Shown here one piece after another: positions 1 to 12,752 of a stretch of DNA of 64,000 nucleotides. Each line of letters opens with the position of its first letter. Within the stretch, counting starts at the first letter, position 1. Location of the stretch: positions 11,098,001 through 11,162,000 of the forward strand of contig CP158636.1 in the NCBI GenBank assembly GCA_050273025.1, given 5' to 3'. A program made the translations under genes and the position numbers. This DNA is from Cenococcum geophilum. Its lineage: Eukaryota. Under the pieces are notes generated by a model that was not told the DNA's origin, ran no database searches, and saw only the letters and a list, made by a program, of their open reading frames with translations.

Positions 1-1
1 A

Positions 2-2448
2 CGCTAGTGTATATCCTAATAAGACCCTAGATAGTATACTACACACGACCTTTAACTGGCCTTCGTCGTGCGCAGCGCCTTTAAATAACGAATATATAGC
101 TACGCTAATTCCGCCTACTAATTCTTATTTAATCCTAAAGGCAATATTTATAGGCAAGCAGCTCTACGACTAGCGTCTCTATTTAGAACAGAACGCTAGC
201 ATCTTGCCCTTTGCAGTTGCATATATAATTTCTTCCTAAACTTCTTAGCGCTTAGCAACCTCCGAAGATATATATGCGGCTTACTCCCTTATATTTAGTG
301 CCTTTTAATTTATACCCTGCTCCAAGAATACTGTCGTTAAGTAGTGTACGCTTACTGCAACCGGCGGTAGAGTGAAGAACTTAAAGATGGCGTAGAATAG
401 GCTTCTATAGATGCATTTGTAGTATCTTCTCGTCTTATACCGTCTAGCAATCCTAATTTAAGCCTTAAATATTATTCTTAACCTTTATTAATCTTTACTA
501 CTCGTAATACTAATAGTAGCCCTATTTGCGTAAGCTGCACAGCAATCTACCCTTTAACCCCTATTAGCTAGGCCAGTTAAGCGGAAAAGTAAAGATAGTT
601 AAGAGCTTGTGTTAAACACTAGTTAGGCACTAAAAGAACCGGTCCTATTAGCAGCGCTAATTAGGATAATATATAGCCTTAAATTCCGGCTAATGGCTTA
701 AAATTGCCGCCTGTGATAAGTAGAAGCAAAAAGAACTTAAGTTAAAGCTAAACCAAATTCTAAAAGTAACGAAACTAAGACTAACTCGTTTAAAAGGGGA
801 ATATTATTACTGTATATGCAAGTGTCTAAATATAGGAAGAATTAAAATATGCGAGGTGTATGCATATGCGTTGCATTAAATGCTTAGCCTACGCGTAAAG
901 ACTTTGGGAATATAACTTAGTCAAACCTTCTATAACTATAGATTAATTTATAAGTCAGTCTATTTTACTATTAGCGTTTACTATCTTTTTAACCTAACTA
1001 TCACTGGTATATGTAATTATACTTAGGTCTACTATAAGTGTACCCATCTCCAATATAGAGTGAGAGCTTAGTGCACAAAATACTAGGAGACATAAAAAAG
1101 ATGCCTAGTAAATGTTGTGGTAATGTAGGAACTATTCTTATATATTTTTAGCAAATAGCTAATAGACTATAGTAAATACCGGCTTAATAAAAACTGTGGT
1201 ATTTGCTAGTTACTTATTAACTATTAAGCTGATACTAATTGCTCTACTAGGTAATTATAAAGATATATCTTTAAAATCAAATGCATCTAGTAGTAGGGTT
1301 AGATTATCTTCATCACTATTAAAGTAACTATGCTTTTTTCTTGTCCCGCGTAGTAGAGGCCCTAGTTATATATAATAGGGGATTCTTTATTTAGCTAATT
1401 TGAGCAGCTTATTAGGGACTTTAATAGGCATAGGACTAGGAATTATAAAGTTTAAGACCGTAGTTTTGCTTTAGTATAAGAATATTAATTATAGGGTTAG
1501 ACTCTTAATATAGGACTATACTAGTGACTGAGACGTCTCAATATAGGACTGCACTGCAGTGACATTACGCGACCGCCTAGAAGTACCGATTAAACTTAAA
1601 TTATGTACCTTTTGGCCCAAAATCGCGTACGAGGGTACTTAGGGGCGGTCGCTGCGCGACCTCGTGTGGGGTTCATGCGCGTTATTAGCAGGGGTAGCCC
1701 TAACCTCGTATTAACCTGGGTCATAACCGCGCCAAATAACCCCCCCCCCTAATATGTAATAGTTATTATAGTAGGGCTGATTTTGGTTTGGGCAATGCCC
1801 CTTAGTATAGGCACGTAATGTTTAGATCGTGCCTATTGTAAATCTCACTCCTATCGCTCTAATAAAATATTATACCGCAAGCCTTTTTACCGGCCTCCTT
1901 TATATATACTACTACAACCCGCTATATAAGCCGTATACTACTTTATATAATAAATGCCTAATATCTCTCTACGCGGATATATAGGCGGCACCCCTTCCCG
2001 TTTATATATTTCCCGCTAGCGTATATCCTAATAAGACCCCGGATAGTATACTATATAGACCTTTAACTAGCCTTCGTTATACGCAGCGCCTCTAGATAAC
2101 GAATATATAGCTATACTAATTCCGCTTACTAATTCTTATTTAATCCTAAAGGCAATACTTATAGGTAAGCAGCTCTATAACTAGCGTTCTATTTAGAGCA
2201 GAATACTAATATCTTACCCTCTATAGTTATATATATAAATTCTCCCTAAACTTCCTAGCGCTTAAAAACCTCCGTAAATGCATATATAGCTTACTCTCTT
2301 ATATTTAGCGCCTTCTAATTTACGCCCTACTCTATGATACATTTATAGCGTCTTCTCGTTTTATACCGTCTGGAAATCCTAATTTAAGCCTTAAATATCA
2401 TTCTTAACTTTTATTAATTTTTACTACCTATAATACTAACACTGGCCT
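2..2448 (+). repeat. Degenerate direct repeat (copy A ~2..520, copy B ~2014..2448)
   Basis: cgctagtgtatatcctaataagaccctagatagtatac... at 2 matches cgctagcgtatatcctaataagaccccggatagtatac... at 2014. The copies are colinear over ~0.45-0.5 kb with mostly C/T and G/A differences. Copy B lacks ~85 bp present in copy A (~325-410). Confidence 0.9.
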
Positions 2449-2879
2449 TATATTTTATAAGTGTTTAAAATATAAGTAGAGGTGAGGCGATATTCGCCCT
2501 ATAGGGGCTTCCCATTATACTAGTTTATAACCTCTATATATACGTCTACGGCATACTTGCCTTTAATTTAGGCTTTAATGCCTTTAAGATAGGCATTTAC
2601 CGGTCTTAGTTACCCGCAGCACTAGCATTAGTAAGGTATTAACACGCCTTTGTTACCTACTATATATACAGCCTAAGCCAGCTTAGCTAATGCACACCGC
2701 AATCTACGCCTCGCTATTGGATTTATAACATTAAGCCGATATTCTAGTAGCGACGTCCTAAACCAAAATTTCGCCTTTATTCAGCTTAATACTCTATTAG
2801 AAAAACCGTTTTTACGCATTTATATTTAGCATTAAATCGATCTCTATTACTCTTTTGGCCTAAATAAATCGACAATATA

Positions 2880-5800
2880 GCTTTAACTATTTTAAGAATC
2901 TTTCTTATTAAACCGAGGATGAAGTAGATGGAGTGAGGGCTCTAGAAAATTGCGTAGGGAAACTCTATATCGCGGTGGCTATAAAACAGTATCGTTGCGC
3001 AAACTCTTTACTAAGGCGTATTTTAAACTTGCTATACCTAAAATTTAAACTTCCTCGCGATATCTATCTAAGGCTTATAAGACTCTATTTTAAGCTAGGG
3101 TTAGTATAAGGGTTAAATATAGGATATACAAGAAACTTTTAAGCTATGTTTATAACTCTAGCAAAGTAATAGCTTTCTTAATCGTTTTTCTTAGTTTAAC
3201 ATTTTATTCGCTAATATACTACTTATAGTTAAAAATACCGCCTTTAGCATAGGAAAGTCCTAATACTCAATTAGAGACGCGTTGCTAAAGAACTTAAGGC
3301 CAAGTTCCTGCCTAATAAATCTAGAACCGTTTATCCTAAAAATATAAACCGTCTTACTGGCCCATTAATCCGAGTTTGCAAGTCCGCTTATCTTTACTTT
3401 AATTTAGAATAGATTCCTACTATACTTAAGGAGTTTCTGCCCTACTTTAGCATTGTTAACCCGGAGAATGCATACATGGTAATTGTATTGCTTAATCTAT
3501 TATTTCTAATAGTCCCTATAGAGTAGACTGCCGAAAAGCAATAATGCTACCTGCTAACTCTCTTTAACGCTTAGTCCTAGGTTGCTTACTTATAATTTAC
3601 TAATAAGAATTTTATTAATCTATTTTCTAGGCTTACTAAAGACTCTTTACCTATAAGATATATCCCGTTCTTAGAGTATAGTGTCTTTACCAATTAATAA
3701 TCTGCGCTTATTTTTACTATTATTTTACGGCTTCTTAATATACCTAATAAAAACTTAAACTTTGCTTACTAATAAGTTAGAGAACATTCTTAGAGAGCAA
3801 GGGTACTACTTAAATATAATACCAAAAGCCCTCCTACTGCGCAGAATGTCGCTTAATTAATTATAATGTCCTTATCTCCTGCCTATTTGGTCTATTTAGG
3901 CTTAGTTTTATTAAAGCTAGAGAGCCTCCTATAAGCCGTTAAGACATACTTCTATTTATTAAATTTTAGCGACTAGACTCTAACCTTATTGTAATTGGTC
4001 TTCCATTTAGCTAATATATTCGTCTTACGCTAAAATTAAGAGCGAAGTGGTAAGATAGAGGTACTAGATAAAAGGAGACTTAATAACGCTCTTAAGCGTT
4101 AATTCGTACTATGCTTACGGGAGGCCGTGTTTATAGGAATTTTCGCTAAGACGCCTTCTGCTATAGAACTTACTATATTAACTCTTTAACTCCTAGCCTT
4201 TCTTAACTAGGACTTAATCCTACTTAGAGCCTTTTAGCGGATATATTCAGCTATATAGGGTCTAGTTAAAGTCTATAGAACAATACCCTTAATCTAAGCG
4301 TTAAGTGTACTATTTAACATTATAGCAAAGGCGAAAGGCTATAGGTATTACATTACAACACTCCTTGGGCTTGTCCTTTTGGGTATTAACGCTAATAATC
4401 TAGAGAAGACTTTACATACATTATCCTGCATAGAAGTTGTATCCTATATAGTACCGTTTTATAACCTAATAAAGGAGAAGATAGCGGGTTATAATAGGTA
4501 AGTGCCGGAAGATAATATAAATACCCTAGTGGGACACGACTTATACCTAGCTAAGCGGTAGATAACTAATTAGATCGTCTAGTTAGAAAGCGGCGACATT
4601 AATATTAACTATAAGAAAGAGTTAGACGACTATTAGGAAAAAGCAATCCTAAGATTATCCACTGTAAAAGTCTTAGGATTTGTCGCATTACTATTTAACC
4701 AAGTCTTCGCCCTTTTGGAGAAGTTAAAGAGGCCTAATAGTTTCCGTTTACACCGCGATTGCTAGGAAAAAGAGGTAATATATATGCTTAAAAGAGCATC
4801 TACTATACTTCTCGCAACATTATTACCGGATTGATTTAATATGGCGCTGGATAAAGTTGCTAGATTCGTAGCTAGTACAGGTTTTTAGTAAATAAGATCC
4901 GTAGTAGGCTATTTATATAACGTACTTATAAAGGTTAACCCCAGAAAGTCTCTAAAGTAATTACTACCCCTTCTTATTACTAGTATTTGCAGAAACATTA
5001 ATGTTTATGGAGCTGGCACAATAGTAGATACGGAGATACTACTAGGGGATTATATATAAGTGTGGAATATATATCTACTCGGTTACTCCTTAACCGAAGT
5101 TAGAGACTCTATACTTACTTAAAAAAAGAGCTGTTTGCTATTATTAAGTACGTGCAGCTAAAATGCAAAGGGAGCCCTAAGATGGTTGCCTCTAATATCA
5201 CCGAACGTCTCCTATATACTTTAACAGCTATATATATTATTAATTACTTAATATATAAGAAGGACGAGTTTGGGAATAAACTTATAATGTAAGTATAGAG
5301 TAAAACTACTAGCCTAAAGAAAATTAATGTTATATGGTATAAGCCGAGTAACAAGGAAATTAACTTTGCGGCCAAACTATTTAGCTCGCAGTGCAATATA
5401 GGAATTAATTCTTTAACTAATTTAATTAGACCCACGCTATCTATTAAACGAGATAGTACTAGGAAAGAGTAGTCTAACGAAGTATCTTAATGCCTTTACC
5501 TTCTTTAATCAGTAATATTAGGGATCTTAAATCTTTTCGATCCTAGGGCTGACAACAGCAATCCTATTATAGGCTATGGCGCCTTACGCTAAAGGGACGG
5601 AATTGATATAGATGGTGAAGATAGTATCAACTTAGCTAAAACGGAGGATAAGGAGTTAACCTTCTAGTATATATTGGGTTACCCCTTAGATTAAGGAGAA
5701 GAGAATTACCAGTTAGTTTATAAGCTGCGCTGCGAAATAGGTAGAATTATTTATAAGACCCACTAGTTCCTATTCGTAGAGTAGTAAGATAATCTATAAT

Positions 5801-8532
5801 GCCTTAAGGCGCTATATAATATATCTAAGTTATAGTTTACCTAAATAGGTTCCTATAATGGCGAAGTATCTAAAAGGCTAAAGATTTTTAAAGCTTAGCT
5901 TACCCTATTTAAGTTTAAAGGGCTCTAAAAGGAATATCTAAGGCCGCTACTTATTAAGCGGGCACAGTTATATTATTTTCGGAGGTTGTACTATAACGTA
6001 TACTCTAGGCCCCTAAAGGAACTAAAGCTAACTAATCTACTACTTTTTAACCTTGTTAATTTAAGCTTATCTACTTATAAGGAAGTTCGCCAGAGCGCGG
6101 GGAATGTACTTAATTAGGTAGTAGGCGAATTTCTAAGGATCGCACTACTTGTTATTCTATTACTTCTAGACGCATTTACACGAGTAGTGGAGGGGAAAAA
6201 TCCTATAAGTATTAAAGGCGCAATAACCTGTTTGTTATCCAGCTATATACAGTCCGAAATTTCCTAGCATTAGGGATATATTCTATATGCTATAAAAGCC
6301 TACGTCAAAGCTACTTAAATTAAGAGCGATTCTGTGCAGAATCTTTTAAAAGATAAGAAATGGTAAATTATAGACATTGTTAGACCTTAGGAATGCGTGG
6401 TTATTTACTAGTATAACTTCGGAGAGGCCATTATTCTAGAGAAAGTTAAGGCCAAAATTTAGGTAAGAAGTGACTTTATAGCGAGCGAGAAAGCGAAGTT
6501 GTTAAGGGATCTTATCTAATTAACTAAGGAATCTTACTGGAAGATAAAACAGTGTTTAATTATAAAGATTACAGAAAACCTCGAAGTTGCCTATAGTTTA
6601 ATTGCTTCTAAAGCGTTTATTAATATAGTTATAGAAGCCTCTATAGATTCCCATCCGGACCTTCGTTATATCTCTTAATAGGTTATATATAAGATCTTTA
6701 AGTTAGTAGATATATAAATCTTTACTAAACATAAATATAAGAATTATCTTCGGGGCGTCGTCTTAGACCCTAATAAAAACCCTTAAATTAACTCCGGTTA
6801 TAAGCCGGATTTAGGGTCTAAGACTTTTATTAAAAAAAATACTATATAGGTAAGGACCCTCGAATAATAGTGCGGAGTAAATCTCTATAGGTAGCACGGC
6901 TTATTACTATAGAAGTCACATATAACAACCTTAAGGAGAAGGTACTCTCCCGTATTGCGCAGCAATTAGATTAAGAATGGTTATTAAAGCAATTAGGGTT
7001 TATAAAGATAGAGCTAGATTATAAATTCTAAGAGTCGCATTATATGTTAATTTATTACGTATATTGGCTTTTCTTAGCTAGGTCTAACTTTATAGATATT
7101 TAAAAATTCGCAAAGAGTGTTTTTAAAGCGTGTAGTAATGAAAACTACTGTAGGGTCGCTGTAGAAGCCATAACTGCGTTGTTCCTCCTTTTTATGGTTT
7201 TGGCTATATATATACTAGAAGCGTTTTAGGAATCCGTCTTACCTAAGACTAGAACGGTTTTACAAGAGCGGTTAGCTAATGAGAATTAGAAGAAGTTTTT
7301 AAAGCGTATAATAAAAGACAACGACCCAAGACGATTTTAGCTATTTATTAAACCTACGTTTTACGTTAATATGGAATCTAATAGAGCCTCTTAAGATTCC
7401 CTTTAGATTGGCCTACTAGGCTCAATTATTTACTATACCGGTCCACGCTATCTAGAAAAGTAGGAGATTTTGTAAGGCTTTATAGAGCACCTTAATTATC
7501 TATATAATGCTGTCCGTTTAGCAATAGGTATAGCGCTAGCCCGTATAATAACAATTAGCGAGTTATATAAGGATATTAACCATCTTATTAACGCACAGAG
7601 GAAATATTCTTTAGTTAGTATCCGACCGTATTAGTTAACGGATAAGGAATCTATAATAAACGCTAAGGTCCTTTACCGACTTAATATATGGCAGAAATAC
7701 GACTAAGATTTTTACGTCCGGGCTATACGCACCCTTTTGGTATAGTGGGATACCCATCTATTATTTTATAGTTATACTTAGCTGCTTAATTTCCTATAAG
7801 AGAGGCTTATTAAGCTTATCCTCTCTATAATCACTATTAATAAAGAGATTAAACTCCTAGTAGAAGAAGTCCTTAACAAGCTTTTTAATGTCCCTTTCCG
7901 CATAAATAAAGTTGGACTATTTGTCTCTGTTTTAATCCGCGTGGGAGCTAAGGTAGAATCTTAGCGTTATTAATCTCTTATTCTATAGTTTATAGATATC
8001 CCTAACCACCACAACCTGTTCCTTATGTTGGACAATTAATAGCGGGACCTTATTAAATATATTAATAATACGATTTTTAATAAGCAGCCGGAGGTCCGAG
8101 CTAAGGCCGCCAATATACTTACTAGTATAATTAGGGCTTCACCTACAGCGTTTAATATTAAGTACTGGCGGCAATTATATATAGTGACGTTAAAAAAGAA
8201 CTCTTAATAATAATGGCAAATTTATGGCGCAGTACTCGGCCTTAGTGCTTTACTACTGGCATTTCCGTACTAGATATCCCTAGTATTATAGTAACGGGAA
8301 GTATTAGCTATACTTATAGAGACCTTACGCTTAGGCTTAGGGCTAGTGGGTAATAGCGTAAAGGAAATTTTGGCGGTCTTTAAGGAGAGGAGATAAGATA
8401 TATAGCTTATGGATAGAGAAGTAATTCTCCCCTTTAGATGACTCTAAATAATGCTAAATTACCTATTAGGGATTCTCTTTAGATTAGCTGGAGGCCCTAG
8501 AAGATATTAAACTAATAAGCTACCTTACCTAA
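2880..8532 (+). pseudogene. BLM10: RIP-inactivated proteasome activator Blm10/PA200 (PSME4) homologue
   Basis: Translation through stops gives LYIAV..YLKF..LIRLYFKLGL (~2980-3110), ERSGKIEVLDKRRLNNALKR*FVLCLREAVFIGIFAK..GLVKVYRT..ITTLLGLVLLGINANNLEKTLHTLS (~4040-4430), MALDKVARFV..KVNPRKSLK*LLPLLI (~4840-4980) and EVRAKAANILTSII..GAVLGLSALLLAFPY..VGNSVKEILAVFK (~8090-8385). After intron 8421-8469 the last exon reads GFSLD*LEALEDIKLISYLT*. These blocks match fungal Blm10 in order. The 5' end is approximate. Confidence 0.9.
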
Positions 8533-10841
8533 AACTATTATCCCCTAATTAGCTAGAAAAAAGATAAGAGTAGAAGCCGAATAGAGGAAAACTAGAACTA
8601 GGTAAGTGAGAAAAGTAAGGGAAATATAATAGAAGTATTTAATAAGAAGGCGAGTAGAAAAACTAGTAGGCAGTATAGTTATCATAAATTAATTTAATAA
8701 AAAATTTCATTATTTCTGTTAAGTGCTAGTATAGTAGATAGCTATTATAGCTGTAAGGCGCATACTATTTATATATAAGCTATAGCTACGCACGTGACCC
8801 AGAAAACCTCTTCTACGCCCTTATACTAAGACGCCCCCTTTCCTTAAGGATTTGTCTCTTAGTTTCTTGCAACCTACCAATATATCCTATTATTCTATTA
8901 ATCGGACTCCCTGTCTACCTCATGCCTCACATTAATAAATATTATTTAAAATAATACTATATAATACTATATACTATATATTGACTAGATAATTTAGAAT
9001 AAGAACTCTATCTTTTAAAATAAGGCTTTAGAGCCTCTAATAGAACCCTAAAACGCGTTGCCCTTTTATATACGCCTACCACTATCTAATATTAGCTCGC
9101 CGAATCTAAATAAGACAAAGTTTTAACTCTAATAATTACAGCAGGGATAAATGCAGACGTAAGACGCAGCGGTTAAATTAAGATATAGAGGAAGGAAGTG
9201 GTAAACGAGTACGGTATAGAGTGAGATGGGGCGAATACTTATGGCAACCCAATAGTCTGTGGGCGATATACTATTCTAAAATCTTACCGGGTACTAAGTT
9301 TCCGTTTTAACGCTACCTACGACCTATTGTCTATCCCTTCCTTTTAGAACTGGCATTGCTGGATCTATTAGATAGACCGCAAATATTGTATTCATTTCCT
9401 TAACTAAGTTCTTTTAGGTGCCTTATAATAGGTAAAGCCCTATCTTTATAACTAGGTTACGTGGTTAACTCCGCTTAATATTAAAGGATTTAAAATAAGA
9501 GGTAGAAGAGTATAAGTATCTAGGCTCTTCTAGCGCTAATATATAATACAACTCCCTTAATATACTTAGTAAAATTTAAATACTTAAAAAATAGTAGGAG
9601 GTATAAATCCTAATAGATAGCGGAGCTACTAGTATAGGCTTTATTAATATAAACTACGCGAAAACTTAACGCCTAAATTTAAAGAAACTTAGTAAGCCTT
9701 AAGGCCTATAAGGCTTTAATAATAAACCCTTAATATATAGCAAACTAATATACTATACTTTTATAAAGATGCAGATAGGCGAATATCTTAAATACATTTC
9801 CCTATTTATAACACCCTTAAAGTAATATAAAGTAATACTAAAATATAAATAGCTAAAATAATATAACCCTTTAATTAGCTAGGTTTAAAAAATACTAAAG
9901 TTCCATATAACCTACTGCTGAAGTTACTACTTAAAATACTACTTACCCTATAAATATATATATAACTATTTAAATTTATTATAATATAGATTGCCCTTAC
10001 TATAAATATCGAACTAATATAATAAAGCTATAACTGCTAATTATAGTAAAGAATATAAAGATGTCTTATTTAAACCTTTTAAATTTTATATAATATAGGC
10101 CGCGCCCTTTATTTTATTAGTAAGAAGATAAGATTATAAAATCTTCGCTATAATAATAGAAGATATTAGGGAGGCGCTAAAACCAAAATAATATAGTGTC
10201 AAGAGTTCGTCAGGTGGATGAGGAGAGAAGAAGGGCAGCTGGAAAGGAAATATTTATATCTGAGCTCTTCAAATTCACGGTCTAGGCCCCAGTCGGTTCT
10301 CATTTCTGCCTCTGCCTCTTAATTATGCCTCCCTTTCTACCCCTCTCTCCTCTCTATCCCTCCCTGTATTTGCACCCTCTCGTTCTACCTATTTATGTTA
10401 CATTTGGCTATATAATATAGAGAGTTGGGGGGTGGATCACAAAAGATGGTTAATATGGATAGATTTTCCTACTAAAAGTCTAGATGAGTAGAAAAAGTAG
10501 TTAAATGAGGCAATATTTGTGAGCAAATTGAGAAAAGTGTGTCCGTAGGGAGGGGCTAAGCTGCTATGATATGTTCTCGATAGTTAACTAGAGGACGCGG
10601 TGCAAATGCAGGACAGCTGTAAACTATAATAAGACGACATGACCTACATATATGTAGGTTTCATAACCGGAAAGTTCTAAAAACGGTCCCACACATATTT
10701 TGGGGTTTCTTAATTGCAAATAGCTTGCAAGCGGCTCGGTGCATTATTAGACATCTGCGGTCGCAGTGTTGCCACTACGTAACGATCGGTGCTAGTTATA
10801 GTTGTTGAGTGAAGTATGATTTTAAGTTTCTGACGGCAAGC

Positions 10842-12107
10842 TTAGCTACTTCTCCCTCTTCCTCCGTGCTGCTCCTGCAACCCCTCCAAAAACTTCCTGT
10901 GTTCCTCCACAGTTTTCCTAATATCATTATCCGGCCATAATCGCATTCTCTCCTCCCTATCCGCCGGCAATGTCTCATCCGGCTCCACCAGCATCTCCTC
11001 CAGGATCTGCTGCATCGGCGGCGGTCGACGTCCATCTGCAATGTCATTCTCTATCTGCTTTACAATCTCTGAGCGAGCAATATGCTGTCCTTCGGCGAGA
11101 ATCTCGTAGGCCAGATCAATCCGTGTGACGGCCTGTCCAGCTTTGGTTATATAGTGCAGAAATAGATAAGAGCATAGACCATATATGGCGCCTTGAGCTA
11201 CTGGGACATAGGATTTTGCGTTGTGGCCAAATAAACCGTAATGTAGGTTGATGGTCAGTTCAGACAGATTGCGGATGAAGATGAATACGATTGCCTTGAA
11301 AGCATGACGAGTGGGCTGAAAGAAATATTATGAGCACTTGGCAAGCTTCTTTGGAAATCTGTAGGAAGTGATTATGACTGCTTACCGAAAGTGGATATCC
11401 AACAACCTTTGCGCAGCGTATAATGTGCAGGATAGCCCCAACAAGAACGAAAATGGAGAGACCAGCTTGAACGGAGTAGAAGGCTGCTTGCAATTTGAGC
11501 TCCCGTCCATCTATGTCTCGAACAAGCGAATTGTCTGCTTCATTAAGGAATAGGATTTCAGTAGCTGCAGCACTGCCGATGTAATAAAGAGCAATTGCTG
11601 CGAGCGTAATTGCTAGAAAATCGCCTGTCAAGAGCCAGTATGCTGCGAGTTTTCCCCGATAGCGAGACATCATGCAGGTACAAACGCGGTGGGCAACGAC
11701 AAGGAGGAGGATATCGGCGAAGAGCTTGAGGCCAGTAATCCAGACATACATCAACATGTAGCCATATTTGACCTTTGCGCGAGTTTCAATAATAAATAGG
11801 TTGAGGATAGTGAATGCGTACCAGCTAGTTCTAGGTTAAAAAACATGCCTCTTCAAGACGTGATTACAGAGTTTATACTAACAACACCAACAGTACGGTC
11901 CCTGATGCTAGGCGGTTGAAAGGCCCTTTCGATTTTGCAATAATATCGCCTTCCCCAGGACGTAGACTGGGCTTCCCAATTTGCGACCAAGCCCAGATGA
12001 TCCCGGCGAAGAAGATGCAATAAACGATAATCGTTGCCAGCTCATAATGATTCTTGAACACACTTCCCTCGAATCTGACATCTTCGCCCCATAATCCGCG
12101 AATCATT
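10842..12107 (-). CDS. Predicted 7-TM membrane protein of unknown family (spliced)
   Basis: Joining ORFs 11873..12118 and 11260..11757 with a downstream exon gives seven hydrophobic segments (ATIIVYCIFFAGIIWAW to VAQGAIYGLCSYLFLHYI) and a charged tail ending RKFLEGLQEQHGGRGRSS* at 10842. The start is uncertain (an ATG near 12222 is possible). Confidence 0.7.
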
Positions 12108-12752
12108 GCGATTGCCAACAGCTGTCAGCGCAAAGCAGACCACTTCCTGGGAGATAGAAAAACGAATTTAGGGAGAAGATGATCAAGAGGTGAGAACCGG
12201 TCTTGCGTCGAAGTGCAGCCATGGGTAGCAATAAAATTGCCGGGCGAATTGGGACACAGCCGTTTAAAGTTGCTTCTGAAAAGCCGCCGTGTGAGCCTTC
12301 GTTCACGCTTGGGCCTGGTTGAGGCGTCTGTATGGGCCAGTGTCTGAATTAGGAAGAGAATAATATGGTGTGTCTAGGCAATTCTTCTGTTCCCGGCCAG
12401 ATTGAACGCCACAAACACATGGTACCGCGTGGGGGAATTTCTGGGTTAAGACCGCAGATTTATTGTAAGCCTTCGATTGTGCCCATGGGGAAGGTGTTAC
12501 TGGATAGCAGCTACGTGAATTACTAAATACAGCAACGAGGCTCTTAATTGAAAGGCCTTGTCTAAGACTAGATCCTAGGTATTGGAAAGTCCAATTGAGG
12601 ATATCCCAATGCCCGCCGGGGGTGACCAGCATATATGTGCATTGAGGTGTTTTGAGGAATATTATAGAAATAAAAAAACCCAAAAACTCGGTATATAAAA
12701 GGATATGTAGTTAAGAGGTTTCCTACTCAATAAGGCAAGTGTGCAGTAGCCT

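Larger units (their letters stand above)
1..10200. other. AT-rich RIP-mutated block
   Basis: Visible TpA excess and CpA/TpG depletion, dense TAA/TAG stops and only one spurious ORF in 10 kb. Composition returns to normal from about 10200-10800. Confidence 0.92.

Noticed and set aside
5244..5435. 63-aa minus-strand ORF
   Set aside because: Chance ORF antisense to the RIPed Blm10 pseudogene.
8900..10200. Possible further RIPed gene or TE downstream of the Blm10 relic
   Set aside because: Partly coding-like around 9150-9480, but no family could be recognised by eye.
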